DNA of 64,000 nucleotides from Armatimonadota bacterium (GTDB lineage: Bacteria > Armatimonadota > Fimbriimonadia > Fimbriimonadales > GBS-DC): NCBI GenBank assembly GCA_037444405.1, contig JBBIML010000009.1, positions 1 through 64,000 of the forward strand, written 5' to 3'. The translations under genes were made by a program, and so were the position numbers. This document shows, piece by piece, positions 29,701 to 39,038 of this stretch (within the stretch, counting starts at the first letter, position 1; each line of letters starts with the position of its first letter). The notes beneath the pieces were generated by a model. The model worked only from the letters and a program-made list of their open reading frames with translations, searched no databases and was not told the DNA's origin.

Positions 29701-32700
29701 TCACCCAACCCTGCCAAACACCGCCCCATAGCTCCGAATCTGCTCCAGCAGGTCGCGGCGCGCGTCGATGACGACCACCTCGTAGCCCTGCTCCCTGAGC
29801 TGGTTGCGTATCTCCGAGTCGCGCTGCCGCACTTCCGGGTAATCATGCGCCTCCCCATCGCAAAAGACGCAGGTGCGCGGCGCGTAGAAGAAGTCGGGCA
29901 CGCAGTCGGGCGACTGGATACGGTACTGCGCCGCATCAGGCAGCCGCAGGCGCAGTTCGGCTAAGGTCTCCAGCAGGCGGCGTTCCAGCGCAGAGCGCGT
30001 ATCCACATTCTGAAGGAGCCACTCCAGCTGCTCACGCCAGTCGCGTTCGCCGTAGCGCATCAGCGTCTGGGAACGCGCCAGCTCCAGCAGCATCGATGCG
30101 ACGCTGTGGCGGTTGATCAGGCGCGCCTCCGACTGCGACTGGAACGAGAGCAGACAGCGATAGCACGCCCGAACACATTCGGGGTTCAGGTCGTTGCCCT
30201 GCGCGTCGAAGTGGCAGATTTCGAGAGCGCGTCGCGCCGCCTGCGCCAGCATGTCGCGCTCTTCCACCAGATAGCGCAGCACGCCGCTGCTGGCTTCCGC
30301 GCTCTCCACCAGCAGCAGCCTCTGATGCGCGCCCTCACCCAGCCAGTGTACCTCTACCTCGCCCGGCTCCAGCTGGAAGGTCTGCTCCACGCCCCGCAAC
30401 AGCGCGTACGCCAGCGTCGTGCGCAACGAGGCGTTCTGCAGCAGGTCAGGCTCGTACAGCTGCGTTAGCAGCACGGGGCGCACAGTCTGCGTCATCAGGC
30501 GCAGCTGTCGCAACGCCCCATCCCGACGCTCCGATTCGCTCTCACTCAGAAACTCGCCCGATTCGCAGTCGATGAAAAATCCCTCTGCCCCCCGACTGCG
30601 CCAGCCGTGATTGATGCTGAGCAGGTGTGCGTGGCAGAATTCCAGACGCAACACCTTGCGGTCGTCCACCCAGACATCTGCCTGCTGGGGCGGTTCATCG
30701 GAAGGCGCGGGGCGATAGTGCAGCGTGATGTGATACCCCTTGCGCAGGCGCTCCTCCTCTCCGGAATGAATTCGTTCGCGACGACGCACTTTCACATTGC
30801 TCATCTCCAGCAGTTCGACCCACTCAGAGTTGCCTACAAGCGGGGTCTGGCACACGGGGCAGACATCGTGGTCGCCTTCGGCGTAGCCGCCGCAAAGCCT
30901 GCACAACTTGCGCACCACGATACGCTCCTGCACGCTGCCAATCGGCAAATAGCAGCTTTTCACTTCCCATTTGCTGCCCTCGTGGTAGATGATATTCTGC
31001 GGGGCGAACTCGCGCAGCGCCAGCACGCGCGGACGCTGGATAAACTCGCCCTCTTTGCGCGGCACCCATGCCCTCAGCGGGAGCGCCGGGAAGTTATAGC
31101 CGGGCAGGAACCCCTCGCTCGCCAGATAGCGATAGGGGTAAAAATCGCTCTCTTCGTACTGCACGCCAATCTGGAGGAGCAGGTTGCGCATGCGCTCGGC
31201 TTCGTTGTAGGCGCGCTCCGCCTGCTCCTGCTCGTCGCGTTTGCGGGCGGCGTGGCGCTGACGCTCCGCATAGGTCATCTGATCCTCTGCCACACGGAAC
31301 AGCTCGCGCCAGCGGTCAAAGGCTCTGTCAAACCGCTCTGGAATCTCCTGAATGGCGTTTTCTACCCACTTGCGTGTGAGCCAGCGCGGGCGTTCGGGCA
31401 GGGTCGCAACCACCTGTTCGAACCGTTCGCGCAGGCGTTGCGCCAGCGGCGCGGTCATCTGAATCTGGGCGCTCACTCCGTCGCGCAGGGGCAGTTCAGG
31501 GAACTGCGCGGTGTCGATTACGCCCTCGATGCTCTCGCCCAGCGGCAAGCCCAGCTCGTTGAGCCAGAGCGCGTGCAGGTGTGCCCGCAACAGCGTCTCG
31601 CTGCCCAGCTCCAGACGCGGCAGGCGCACCGCGCCCGACACCATCTCGGCGGGACGCTGGAAAAAGTACTGGTCATGGTAGTTCCACGCGCCGCAGTAGG
31701 TTACGATTAGCCCCGGTTGCCCCTGTCGCCCCGCGCGTCCGCTCCGCTGGGCGTAGTTCGCGGGCGTCGGCGGCACATTGCGCAGATGCACCAGGTCTAA
31801 ATCAGCAATATCGATGCCCAGTTCCATCGTGGGGGAGCAGACCAGGAAGGGCAGCGGGCGTTCGTCGCCTGTGCCACTGAAGCGTTGCTCGCGCCGCTCG
31901 CGCTCGCCCGGCTCCACCACCTGCGCCGTATGCTCCCGCGCCTCCAGCGTCGCCAGCCGTTCCGGCGCCGAACGGTAAAACGCCTCAAAAAAGCGGTTAA
32001 TCAGCGCCTCATCCGATGCGCTCCCCCGCCGATACAGCGGACTGACGCGCGGCGTGCCATCCCCCTGACGCCACCGAATGACCGCTGCGTTCAGCTGGTA
32101 CATCGGGGTTGCGCCCAGCAGCCGTACCACCAGCCCGTAGGCGAGCAGCTGCTCCAGAATTTTCTCAATCACCTGTCGGTAGGCGCCAGCGCGGAGACCC
32201 AGCTGCTGGCACAGATAGCGTCCAATCGCGCTCCGCTCGGTCAGCACCGCCCCCACAGACTTGGGCAGGCGTCCCCCGTTGCGCTCCAGCAGCACGCCCC
32301 GCGATTCCTGCAGGTCGTCTATGGCGGGATCCAGCCCCCAGTATTCGTTCAGCTCCTGTTCGCAGCGCTTGCGCAGCTCCTTCTGCTTCTCAGGTTCCAG
32401 CACCTCTGCGTTAATTGCGAACTTATAGCGAAACTGGTCGAGCAGGACTCGCAGAATTGCCTCGCGCTCTTCGGGTGTGCGCTGCGCCAGCGCGGCGCAG
32501 TCTTCCCATCTCGAATTGTCCGCGCACAGCTCGCTCAGCCCGTGATACTCAATCTGCAACAAGCCCAGCGTCTCCAGATTCGGCTGTGTGTTGCGCCACT
32601 CGCGCCGCAGGTCTTCATAGAGGCGATACTCAATCAACTTGCAGAAGGTCTCACGCACCTGCTTGCCGTAGGGCGACGCGGGGTCCAAATTGGGCTGGCG

Positions 32701-34683
32701 GGCGTAGTCGTTGAGCTGGAGACCGCTGCTATCGACCACTGCTGAAGCGACCTCAGCGTAGCCCAGTTCAGGTTTTTGCTGTAAGGCGGCGACCAGCGCG
32801 GTGCGGAGCAGGGCAATCCGCACGAAGTCGTTGAAGTGCCCCGCCTGCAGCGAGGCGTCCTGACGGTTATCGGTGAACGAGAGCAGTTTGGGGCGCGCGC
32901 CGCCTGTCGCCTCCGCATGGCGCAGCAGTGCCAGCGCCAGCACTGTCGTGGCGCTGCTACGCCCCTCGGACGAAAGCCCCACCAGCTTCGCCCCCTCGCT
33001 CACGCGCCTGTCGTAGTAAGCCCCGCAGTTGAGGCAGAGCGTGAACGGCGCAGGCTGCCACCATACCTTCATGCCGTCTTCGAACTCTGCGGCGCTCCAG
33101 CTCCCGTCGGGGCGCACCCAGAGCGGCTGGGGAACCCGCTCGCGCCACGAACTGCGCAGTCGCCCCCGCTTGTCGTACCATTCGTCGGGCAGCTGGTCGT
33201 TGCTCCACTCAGTGATGCAGAGGTAGCCGACCTGCACCTCGTCGCTTTCGGGGCTTTCGTCGAGGCGCACGCCCCACAGGATGTGTCCAGTCTCGTCCCG
33301 CGCCACACGGTAATAGTCCCGCCCGCACTGGCGACAGAAGTAGAGCGGGAACAGCGGCTTGCCCGGCGCTTTCTCGATCTGCGCCCGTATCTCGAACGCG
33401 CGCTGGTCGATTGGCTCCAGCGTCGCATAGATCGGGCTGGACTGGCTGATGAACTGATGTAGTTTGACGGCGAACAGGGGCGGCTCGCCTGACCGACGCA
33501 ACCGCTCCTGATGCTCCAGCAGCGCCTGCACCTGCGCCACACACTCCTCGACGGGTACGCCGAGCTGCTCCGCCAGCGACTGGCACGCTTCCGCCAGTGG
33601 GCGCGGCGCGCGTCGACGCAGGTTGCCCTCCGAATCGCGCTCCAGCCCGAACGCCGACTCCACCCAGCGCGCCAGCGGATGACGCCGCAACTTGTCCAGC
33701 GACTCCGGAAACGGCTGCCCCCACGCCGCCTGCAACTCCGCCACGCTCGGCTCGCCCCCCTCTGTCGCGGGCGCGAGCTGCTCGTCGACGATATCGTCCG
33801 CTTTGAACGGATGCCCGAAGAAGGTGGTCGCAAACCGGGCGATTGCCTGGCGCTGTTCGAACGCCGACGCGCCTTCGGAGACCATCGTAGCGGAGGCGGC
33901 GATGTGGCGCATATCGGGCGCGCCATAGCGCTCTTTCAAGCGGCGCGCCAGCATCGCCACATCCGCTCCCTGACGCCCCCGATAGGTGTGCAACTCATCA
34001 AACACCAGAAACTTCAGCATGTGGTCGCCGAACAGCGCCTGGTCTTCACGGCGCGTCATCAGCAACTCGCCCATCATGTAGTTGGTGAGCAGAATCTGCG
34101 GGGGGCGCTGGCGCAACTCTGGACGCGCGTCCTGCGGCGTCTCGCCCGTGTATTTCGCAAAGCGCACAGGGAACGGTCGCTGATAGCGCTGCTCGTACTG
34201 CTCGCGCAGGCTCTCCAGCGCACGCAACTGCGAGTTGACCAGCGCGTTCATCGGGTACATAATCATCGCGACCACCCGCTCGTGCGCTTCGGGATGGCGC
34301 AGCAGGTAGTCGATGATGGGAATCAGGTAGGTGAAGCTTTTGCCAGAGCCTGTGCCGCTGACGACCACATAGCTGCGTCCCGCGTACGCGAGGCGCAGGG
34401 CGCGCTCCTGATGGGCGAACAGGCGATAGGGCGTCCCGTCGGGGCGGCAGAAAATGTGCGGGATTTCGGGGTGTAGCACGTCTTCACACACCAGCTGCTC
34501 TATCGGCGCGCCGGGCTGATAGGCGGGGCTGAGTTGCAACATCGGCGCCGGCCAGAGGTAGCTCTCCTCTCTGATGACCTGCTCGGCGAACGCGCGCGCC
34601 CGCGCTCCGGCAATCTGCACAAATGAATGCACGAACTGCTCGTATTCGTCGATCATGCGCCGATGCAGTGCAAACATGCTCAT
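29701..34683 (-). CDS. Large SF2 helicase with DUF1998 and a C-terminal Vsr/DUF559-like nuclease (DrmA+DrmB-like fusion)
   Basis: SGTGSGKS, YPMNAL, DELH, FTDNRQDA, TMELGIDI, QRSGRAGR; CH...CVRACYRCLLS; ALERR...PDF...FCDGEAH...RD; GGGAGGG RBS before the ATG at 34683. Confidence 0.88.
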   Translation of the reverse strand: MSMFALHRRMIDEYEQFVHSFVQIAGARARAFAEQVIREESYLWPAPMLQLSPAYQPGAPIEQLVCEDVLHPEIPHIFCRPDGTPYRLFAHQERALRLAYAGRSYVVVSGTGSGKSFTYLIPIIDYLLRHPEAHERVVAMIMYPMNALVNSQLRALESLREQYEQRYQRPFPVRFAKYTGETPQDARPELRQRPPQILLTNYMMGELLMTRREDQALFGDHMLKFLVFDELHTYRGRQGADVAMLARRLKERYGAPDMRHIAASATMVSEGASAFEQRQAIARFATTFFGHPFKADDIVDEQLAPATEGGEPSVAELQAAWGQPFPESLDKLRRHPLARWVESAFGLERDSEGNLRRRAPRPLAEACQSLAEQLGVPVEECVAQVQALLEHQERLRRSGEPPLFAVKLHQFISQSSPIYATLEPIDQRAFEIRAQIEKAPGKPLFPLYFCRQCGRDYYRVARDETGHILWGVRLDESPESDEVQVGYLCITEWSNDQLPDEWYDKRGRLRSSWRERVPQPLWVRPDGSWSAAEFEDGMKVWWQPAPFTLCLNCGAYYDRRVSEGAKLVGLSSEGRSSATTVLALALLRHAEATGGARPKLLSFTDNRQDASLQAGHFNDFVRIALLRTALVAALQQKPELGYAEVASAVVDSSGLQLNDYARQPNLDPASPYGKQVRETFCKLIEYRLYEDLRREWRNTQPNLETLGLLQIEYHGLSELCADNSRWEDCAALAQRTPEEREAILRVLLDQFRYKFAINAEVLEPEKQKELRKRCEQELNEYWGLDPAIDDLQESRGVLLERNGGRLPKSVGAVLTERSAIGRYLCQQLGLRAGAYRQVIEKILEQLLAYGLVVRLLGATPMYQLNAAVIRWRQGDGTPRVSPLYRRGSASDEALINRFFEAFYRSAPERLATLEAREHTAQVVEPGERERREQRFSGTGDERPLPFLVCSPTMELGIDIADLDLVHLRNVPPTPANYAQRSGRAGRQGQPGLIVTYCGAWNYHDQYFFQRPAEMVSGAVRLPRLELGSETLLRAHLHALWLNELGLPLGESIEGVIDTAQFPELPLRDGVSAQIQMTAPLAQRLRERFEQVVATLPERPRWLTRKWVENAIQEIPERFDRAFDRWRELFRVAEDQMTYAERQRHAARKRDEQEQAERAYNEAERMRNLLLQIGVQYEESDFYPYRYLASEGFLPGYNFPALPLRAWVPRKEGEFIQRPRVLALREFAPQNIIYHEGSKWEVKSCYLPIGSVQERIVVRKLCRLCGGYAEGDHDVCPVCQTPLVGNSEWVELLEMSNVKVRRRERIHSGEEERLRKGYHITLHYRPAPSDEPPQQADVWVDDRKVLRLEFCHAHLLSINHGWRSRGAEGFFIDCESGEFLSESESERRDGALRQLRLMTQTVRPVLLTQLYEPDLLQNASLRTTLAYALLRGVEQTFQLEPGEVEVHWLGEGAHQRLLLVESAEASSGVLRYLVEERDMLAQAARRALEICHFDAQGNDLNPECVRACYRCLLSFQSQSEARLINRHSVASMLLELARSQTLMRYGERDWREQLEWLLQNVDTRSALERRLLETLAELRLRLPDAAQYRIQSPDCVPDFFYAPRTCVFCDGEAHDYPEVRQRDSEIRNQLREQGYEVVVIDARRDLLEQIRSYGAVFGRVG

Positions 34684-34736
34684 CGCGTCCCTCCCGTAAA
34701 CTGTGGTGGGATTATACCTCATGCACCTGCGTCCTC

Positions 34737-34964
34737 GACGGGTAAACCCGTTTCTACGACATGAAGCCAGCCTGCGCTGGCTGTTCGCCTGTGTCCCCGA
34801 CAGGTAAACCCGTTCCCAATACACGAAGCCAGCCTGCGCTGGCTATCTTAGCCGACGCAGGTCGGCTTGGTGGGATAGGAACGGCTTCAGCCGTCTGTGC
34901 GAACGCTACACGGCTTTGAGCCGACGCAGGTCGGCTTGGTGGGATAGGAACGGCTTCAGCCGTC
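34737..34964. repeat. Cluster of four 46-nt double-hairpin REP-like units, two on each strand
   Basis: Identical units at 34850-34895 and 34919-34964; inverted homologs at 34737-34782 and 34799-34844. Confidence 0.85.
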
Positions 34965-34982
34965 GGGCACGGATGACTCCCT

Positions 34983-37900
34983 CTACCCCAACGCGAGCCG
35001 TTCCCACGCCTCCAATATCAGGCGGCGGGTGCGATACTCGCCGTGTTCGCGCAGCTCCTTGTCCTTCAGCACGCGGAAGGTCTCGCTGGGGAAGTCGGAC
35101 GCCTGCACGCGCGCGGCGTAGCCCTGCGGCTCCAGCGGGTCGGCGACCGCCTCGTGCGGGTCTAAAATGTCCTTCAGTTCAGCGGGGGTCAGGTCGGCGG
35201 GGTCTAAGATGTAGCGCAGCTGCTTGCGCGTCAGTCCGTACAGGCGGGCGTAGTAAGCGTCCAGCTCGGCGCGGATGCGGGCACGGCGCGCCGCATCCCA
35301 CCGAAACGGCGGCAGCGGGATGCCCTTTTGCGGGTCGGTCTCAATCTCAGGGTAGGCGCGAACCCAGTCGGGCGGTTGCCACGAGTGCCCGCCCGTCTCA
35401 GCGGCGTTCGCCTCCCACTGGGCTCGAATCGCATGGCGCAAATCGGCGTCCGCATCCCGCCACACATCGTCCGCAAACGGCTTCATGTCCCACGCCGTGT
35501 AGACCAGCTCCAGCACGCGCGGCACAATAAAGCGCAGGTTCGCATGAGTGTAGGCAGTGGGCGGGAGGACGGGGAGCTGGTTCACAAAGAAAAAGCTCAT
35601 GTTCACCCCTGCTACTTTCTGACGCACAACCCAGTCAAACACGAGGGCTGTCAGGTTAGCACACAGGCATCCGCACATCATAGCCCCAGAATTAGCCAGT
35701 ACCATGAGAGAAAGGCTGTTACCAATCCCACATCGTGGCAGCAGACTGAAGACGCCCGTGCGTTCACTGGTAGGATTCGTGATATTCCGAAATCCCAGCA
35801 CCCAGGGATGTTTCCAGTCGCTCAGACGCTCGTGTACCTGCTCGGCGGGAACCCAGTACCATGGCTGAACCAGGAAGGCGGGGTCGGCGTGCTGGGCGTC
35901 GGTGGGCGTGGGCAGCTGGGTGCTGGAGCGGCTCTCCACGCCCTCGTAAGTGCCGTAGCGGTGGTCGCACAGCCAGATCATCTTCGCCTCGTAGAGGGGC
36001 AGCCACACCTCTGCGCCCTTCACAAAACGGTTGCCCACCCGCTCAAAGCCCTGCGCCTCCAGCTCCGCCGCCGTGCGAAAGAGATGGGAGTCGTTGGACA
36101 TGTGGAACATGCTGTTGAACCGCACCTGCCACGGGTTTTGCCCTGTGCGTTCGTTCACCAGCACGGGCACGCGCGCGTAGATGGCTTTGGTCAGTTCGGC
36201 GTCCTGCTGGGTGCGGAAGATGGGCAGGGTGCGCGTGTTGGGGTTCAGCAGGGCAATCTCGTTGGGGGTGAGGGTGAGGATTTCGCGCGGGTCGCGCAGC
36301 TCGTGAGGGCGATGGCAGAAGAAGGCGAATCGGGCGCGGCGGTTGTGGGGCGCGCCACCGCCCGCACGCTCCAGCGTCAGCAGGCAAAACTTCATCAGGT
36401 TGATGACGGCAGGAAACAGCCTCGCGCGGTTGTCAAAATCGTACAGGCTGACCAGTTCATCGTGTTCCACAATCTCGGCGAAAAAGTGCTTGTTGGTATC
36501 GTCGGCGGCGATCCCGGTGGGAATCACCATGCCCATGCGCCCGCCCGGTTTCAGCAGGCTGCGCGCCCGCTCGGCGAACACCGAGTAGGTGTTGATGTCG
36601 CCGCGCCCCGTGAGAGGGTACTGACGGGAGGCTCTCAAGAATCGGCTGACGCTTTCGGCGGCGTGCAGGGCGCGCTGATACTCGTCCCACAAATCGGGGT
36701 TCGTTTCGCGCAGTTTCTGGATGAGCCGTTTGCGGGCGGCGGCGTTGGGCGCGTTCGCAATCGTGGCGTCCCGACTGGCGAAAAACTCCTGCTCCTGCAG
36801 CTTGATGCGCTCCCACGGCGGGTTGCCCAGCACGACATCGAAACCGCCCGCGAGAAAGACTTCGGGGAACTCCAGAAACCAGTGGAAGAAGCGGTGCTGG
36901 TGGGCAAGCGCTTCGGCGCGGGCGCGCATGCGGGGGTGCAGCGCGCAGGGGTTCTGAATCGCCTGATAGACATCCCCTGTGGTGGGCGTGGCGTCGTCGA
37001 TGCGCTCCCAGAAGAAGGCGCTCACCCACAGGTCGCACGCGAGACGCAGGTTCTCCAGTTGCTCTTGAATTTGCTGATACCGCTGCTGTTTCTGGCAAAC
37101 CTGTTCGGGGGTGTCGTCAGGCTCGCGGCTGAGGGTTTCCATCAGAATCGCGCTGTTGAGCAGCTCCTCATCGGTGAGGTTGCTGAGGATGCGCTGTCCG
37201 GCGCGTTCGCTGTCGTTGCGTTTTTTGAGTTCGCGCAGGCTGGGGTGGCGTTCGGGGCGGTCGTAGGCGTCGCTGGGGATGCCCTGGAGCAGGGTTTCCA
37301 GATTGCGCACGCCCACCAGCGAGTCGCCGCAGCGGATGTGGTGGTCTAAAAACGAGAGGGGCTTGCCGCGGTTGTGCCCTTCGATCCAGAGGGCGAGTTT
37401 GCACAGTTCGACGGCGAGCGGGTTTTTGTCCACGCCGTAGAGGCAGTGGGCAATTACTTCGCGCAGGGCGTGGCGCAGGTGTTCGGGCGAGGGGTTCTCG
37501 TGGCGGATTCGGGCGAGTTCACGGGCGAGCTGGCGCGCGGCTGCCAGCAGGAAGTGCCCGCTGCCGCACGCGGGGTCCAGCACGCGAATGTCGAGGATGG
37601 CGCGCTCTTTCTCTTCGGGCGTGGTTTTGTCGGCGAGCCGCTGCTGAATGACAGGCAACAGCGCCTGTTCCACCAGTTCAGCGACCAGTTCGGGCGGGGT
37701 ATAGTAGGAGCCTGTGGTTTTGCGCTCGCTGCCCTGCAGGAACTCGAAGCGGGGTTTGTGGGGGTCGCTGGCGTCAATCACGGGATGCAGTTCCAGCAGG
37801 CTTTCGTACACGGAGCCGAGCTCTTCCACATCGAGCGCGGCGTAGTTCACGGCGCGGGTGGCGCGGGTGTCGGGGTCCTCGTAGTAAAAGAGCGCCTTGA

Positions 37901-39038
37901 GCGCGTCCAGCAGGTCGCGGTTGGACAGCCGCCAGTCTTCCAGTTGCAGATGGGTGAACAGCTCGCCGTTGAGCGGGTCTAAATCCAGGTATTGCCCCAG
38001 GTCGGGGTTGCGCAGGCACTCCCACAGCACGCGCAGGCTGTACCAGAGGTCTTCGTGGGTGTCGTCATGGTAGTAGCGCTGGGTGAGGGGGCGCAGGCGG
38101 CTGATGCTGTAGTGGTTGCGATAGCGTTCGGAGGGGCTGATGAGTCCGCGCTCTTCGCCCACCAGCAGGAACAGGATTCGGTAAACCAGCCGCAGCAGAT
38201 GCTGGTAGAGCGTGTGGGCGTCGGGGATTTCGCCTCGAGCGCAGGGTGGGTTTGCGGGGTGCTGTAGCAGGGCGTTCGCGAGGCGGACAATCGCGTTTTC
38301 GACGCTTTCGCGCAGGCGTTCGCGGATGCGTCCGCCCTGCTCCTCGCTCTGGCGGTAATATTGCTCCAGCAGGCAGGTGTGGGCGTCGGCGTAGCCGCTG
38401 GGCAGGCGACTGCGATGGAGCAGGCGATAGAGCAGCACGAACGCCTCGAACTGTTGCCCGCCGAGGATGGCGTCCAGGTCGAACTCGATATAGGAGAGTT
38501 TGCGCAGGTAGGTGCTGTCGCGTAGCAGTCGGAGCGTGGCGCCGTTGGTGACGATGCCCCACAGGTGTTCGGTGCGGTTCAGGAACTCCTGTAGCAGGGC
38601 GTGTGGGGCGCGTCGGGGCGTGGCGTGGGGGTCTACCCGATCCAGCGACTGCCGCTTGCCCACGATATGCACGGGCGGCGCTTCGGGTGATTTATCGGCG
38701 CGGTGCGAGATGCGATAGCGGGTCTGCTCCACCAGATACGATTCGGGATTGAACTCAACCGCATACTCCAGCAGGTTCAGCAGGGGGATGACCCATCGCT
38801 GGCGGGTGAGGGTGGTGTCGCTTTCGGTTTCGGGCAAGCGTTCGTGTTCGTACAGGAACCGCTGGTAGAGGGCGCGCGCCTCTTCGTAGAGGGCGGCAAT
38901 CAGGTTGAGCAGTTCGTTTTCGTTCTTGCAGTCGAAGTCGCTTGGCTTTTGACCGGGCAGGTCGCCCTGCTGGAGCCGTTCGAGGATGTCTGCGCTGAAC
39001 AGTCCGCCTTCGATTCGGATGGCATGGGTCGTTTTCAT
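34983..39038 (-). CDS. Large N6-adenine DNA methyltransferase (type IIG/Eco57I/DrmMI-like)
   Basis: GSYYTP, motif I DPACGSGHF, YGVDKNP, motif IV GNPPW; N-terminal WGIVTNG. Confidence 0.92.
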   Translation of the reverse strand: MKTTHAIRIEGGLFSADILERLQQGDLPGQKPSDFDCKNENELLNLIAALYEEARALYQRFLYEHERLPETESDTTLTRQRWVIPLLNLLEYAVEFNPESYLVEQTRYRISHRADKSPEAPPVHIVGKRQSLDRVDPHATPRRAPHALLQEFLNRTEHLWGIVTNGATLRLLRDSTYLRKLSYIEFDLDAILGGQQFEAFVLLYRLLHRSRLPSGYADAHTCLLEQYYRQSEEQGGRIRERLRESVENAIVRLANALLQHPANPPCARGEIPDAHTLYQHLLRLVYRILFLLVGEERGLISPSERYRNHYSISRLRPLTQRYYHDDTHEDLWYSLRVLWECLRNPDLGQYLDLDPLNGELFTHLQLEDWRLSNRDLLDALKALFYYEDPDTRATRAVNYAALDVEELGSVYESLLELHPVIDASDPHKPRFEFLQGSERKTTGSYYTPPELVAELVEQALLPVIQQRLADKTTPEEKERAILDIRVLDPACGSGHFLLAAARQLARELARIRHENPSPEHLRHALREVIAHCLYGVDKNPLAVELCKLALWIEGHNRGKPLSFLDHHIRCGDSLVGVRNLETLLQGIPSDAYDRPERHPSLRELKKRNDSERAGQRILSNLTDEELLNSAILMETLSREPDDTPEQVCQKQQRYQQIQEQLENLRLACDLWVSAFFWERIDDATPTTGDVYQAIQNPCALHPRMRARAEALAHQHRFFHWFLEFPEVFLAGGFDVVLGNPPWERIKLQEQEFFASRDATIANAPNAAARKRLIQKLRETNPDLWDEYQRALHAAESVSRFLRASRQYPLTGRGDINTYSVFAERARSLLKPGGRMGMVIPTGIAADDTNKHFFAEIVEHDELVSLYDFDNRARLFPAVINLMKFCLLTLERAGGGAPHNRRARFAFFCHRPHELRDPREILTLTPNEIALLNPNTRTLPIFRTQQDAELTKAIYARVPVLVNERTGQNPWQVRFNSMFHMSNDSHLFRTAAELEAQGFERVGNRFVKGAEVWLPLYEAKMIWLCDHRYGTYEGVESRSSTQLPTPTDAQHADPAFLVQPWYWVPAEQVHERLSDWKHPWVLGFRNITNPTSERTGVFSLLPRCGIGNSLSLMVLANSGAMMCGCLCANLTALVFDWVVRQKVAGVNMSFFFVNQLPVLPPTAYTHANLRFIVPRVLELVYTAWDMKPFADDVWRDADADLRHAIRAQWEANAAETGGHSWQPPDWVRAYPEIETDPQKGIPLPPFRWDAARRARIRAELDAYYARLYGLTRKQLRYILDPADLTPAELKDILDPHEAVADPLEPQGYAARVQASDFPSETFRVLKDKELREHGEYRTRRLILEAWERLALG

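Noticed and set aside
34684..34824. N-terminal extension of the helicase given in the ORF track
   Set aside because: Runs through the repeat cluster; RBS and -10 box support the ATG at 34683
34737..34964. CRISPR array
   Set aside because: Only two units per orientation, 46-nt repeats with 16-23 nt gaps, inverted layout and no cas genes
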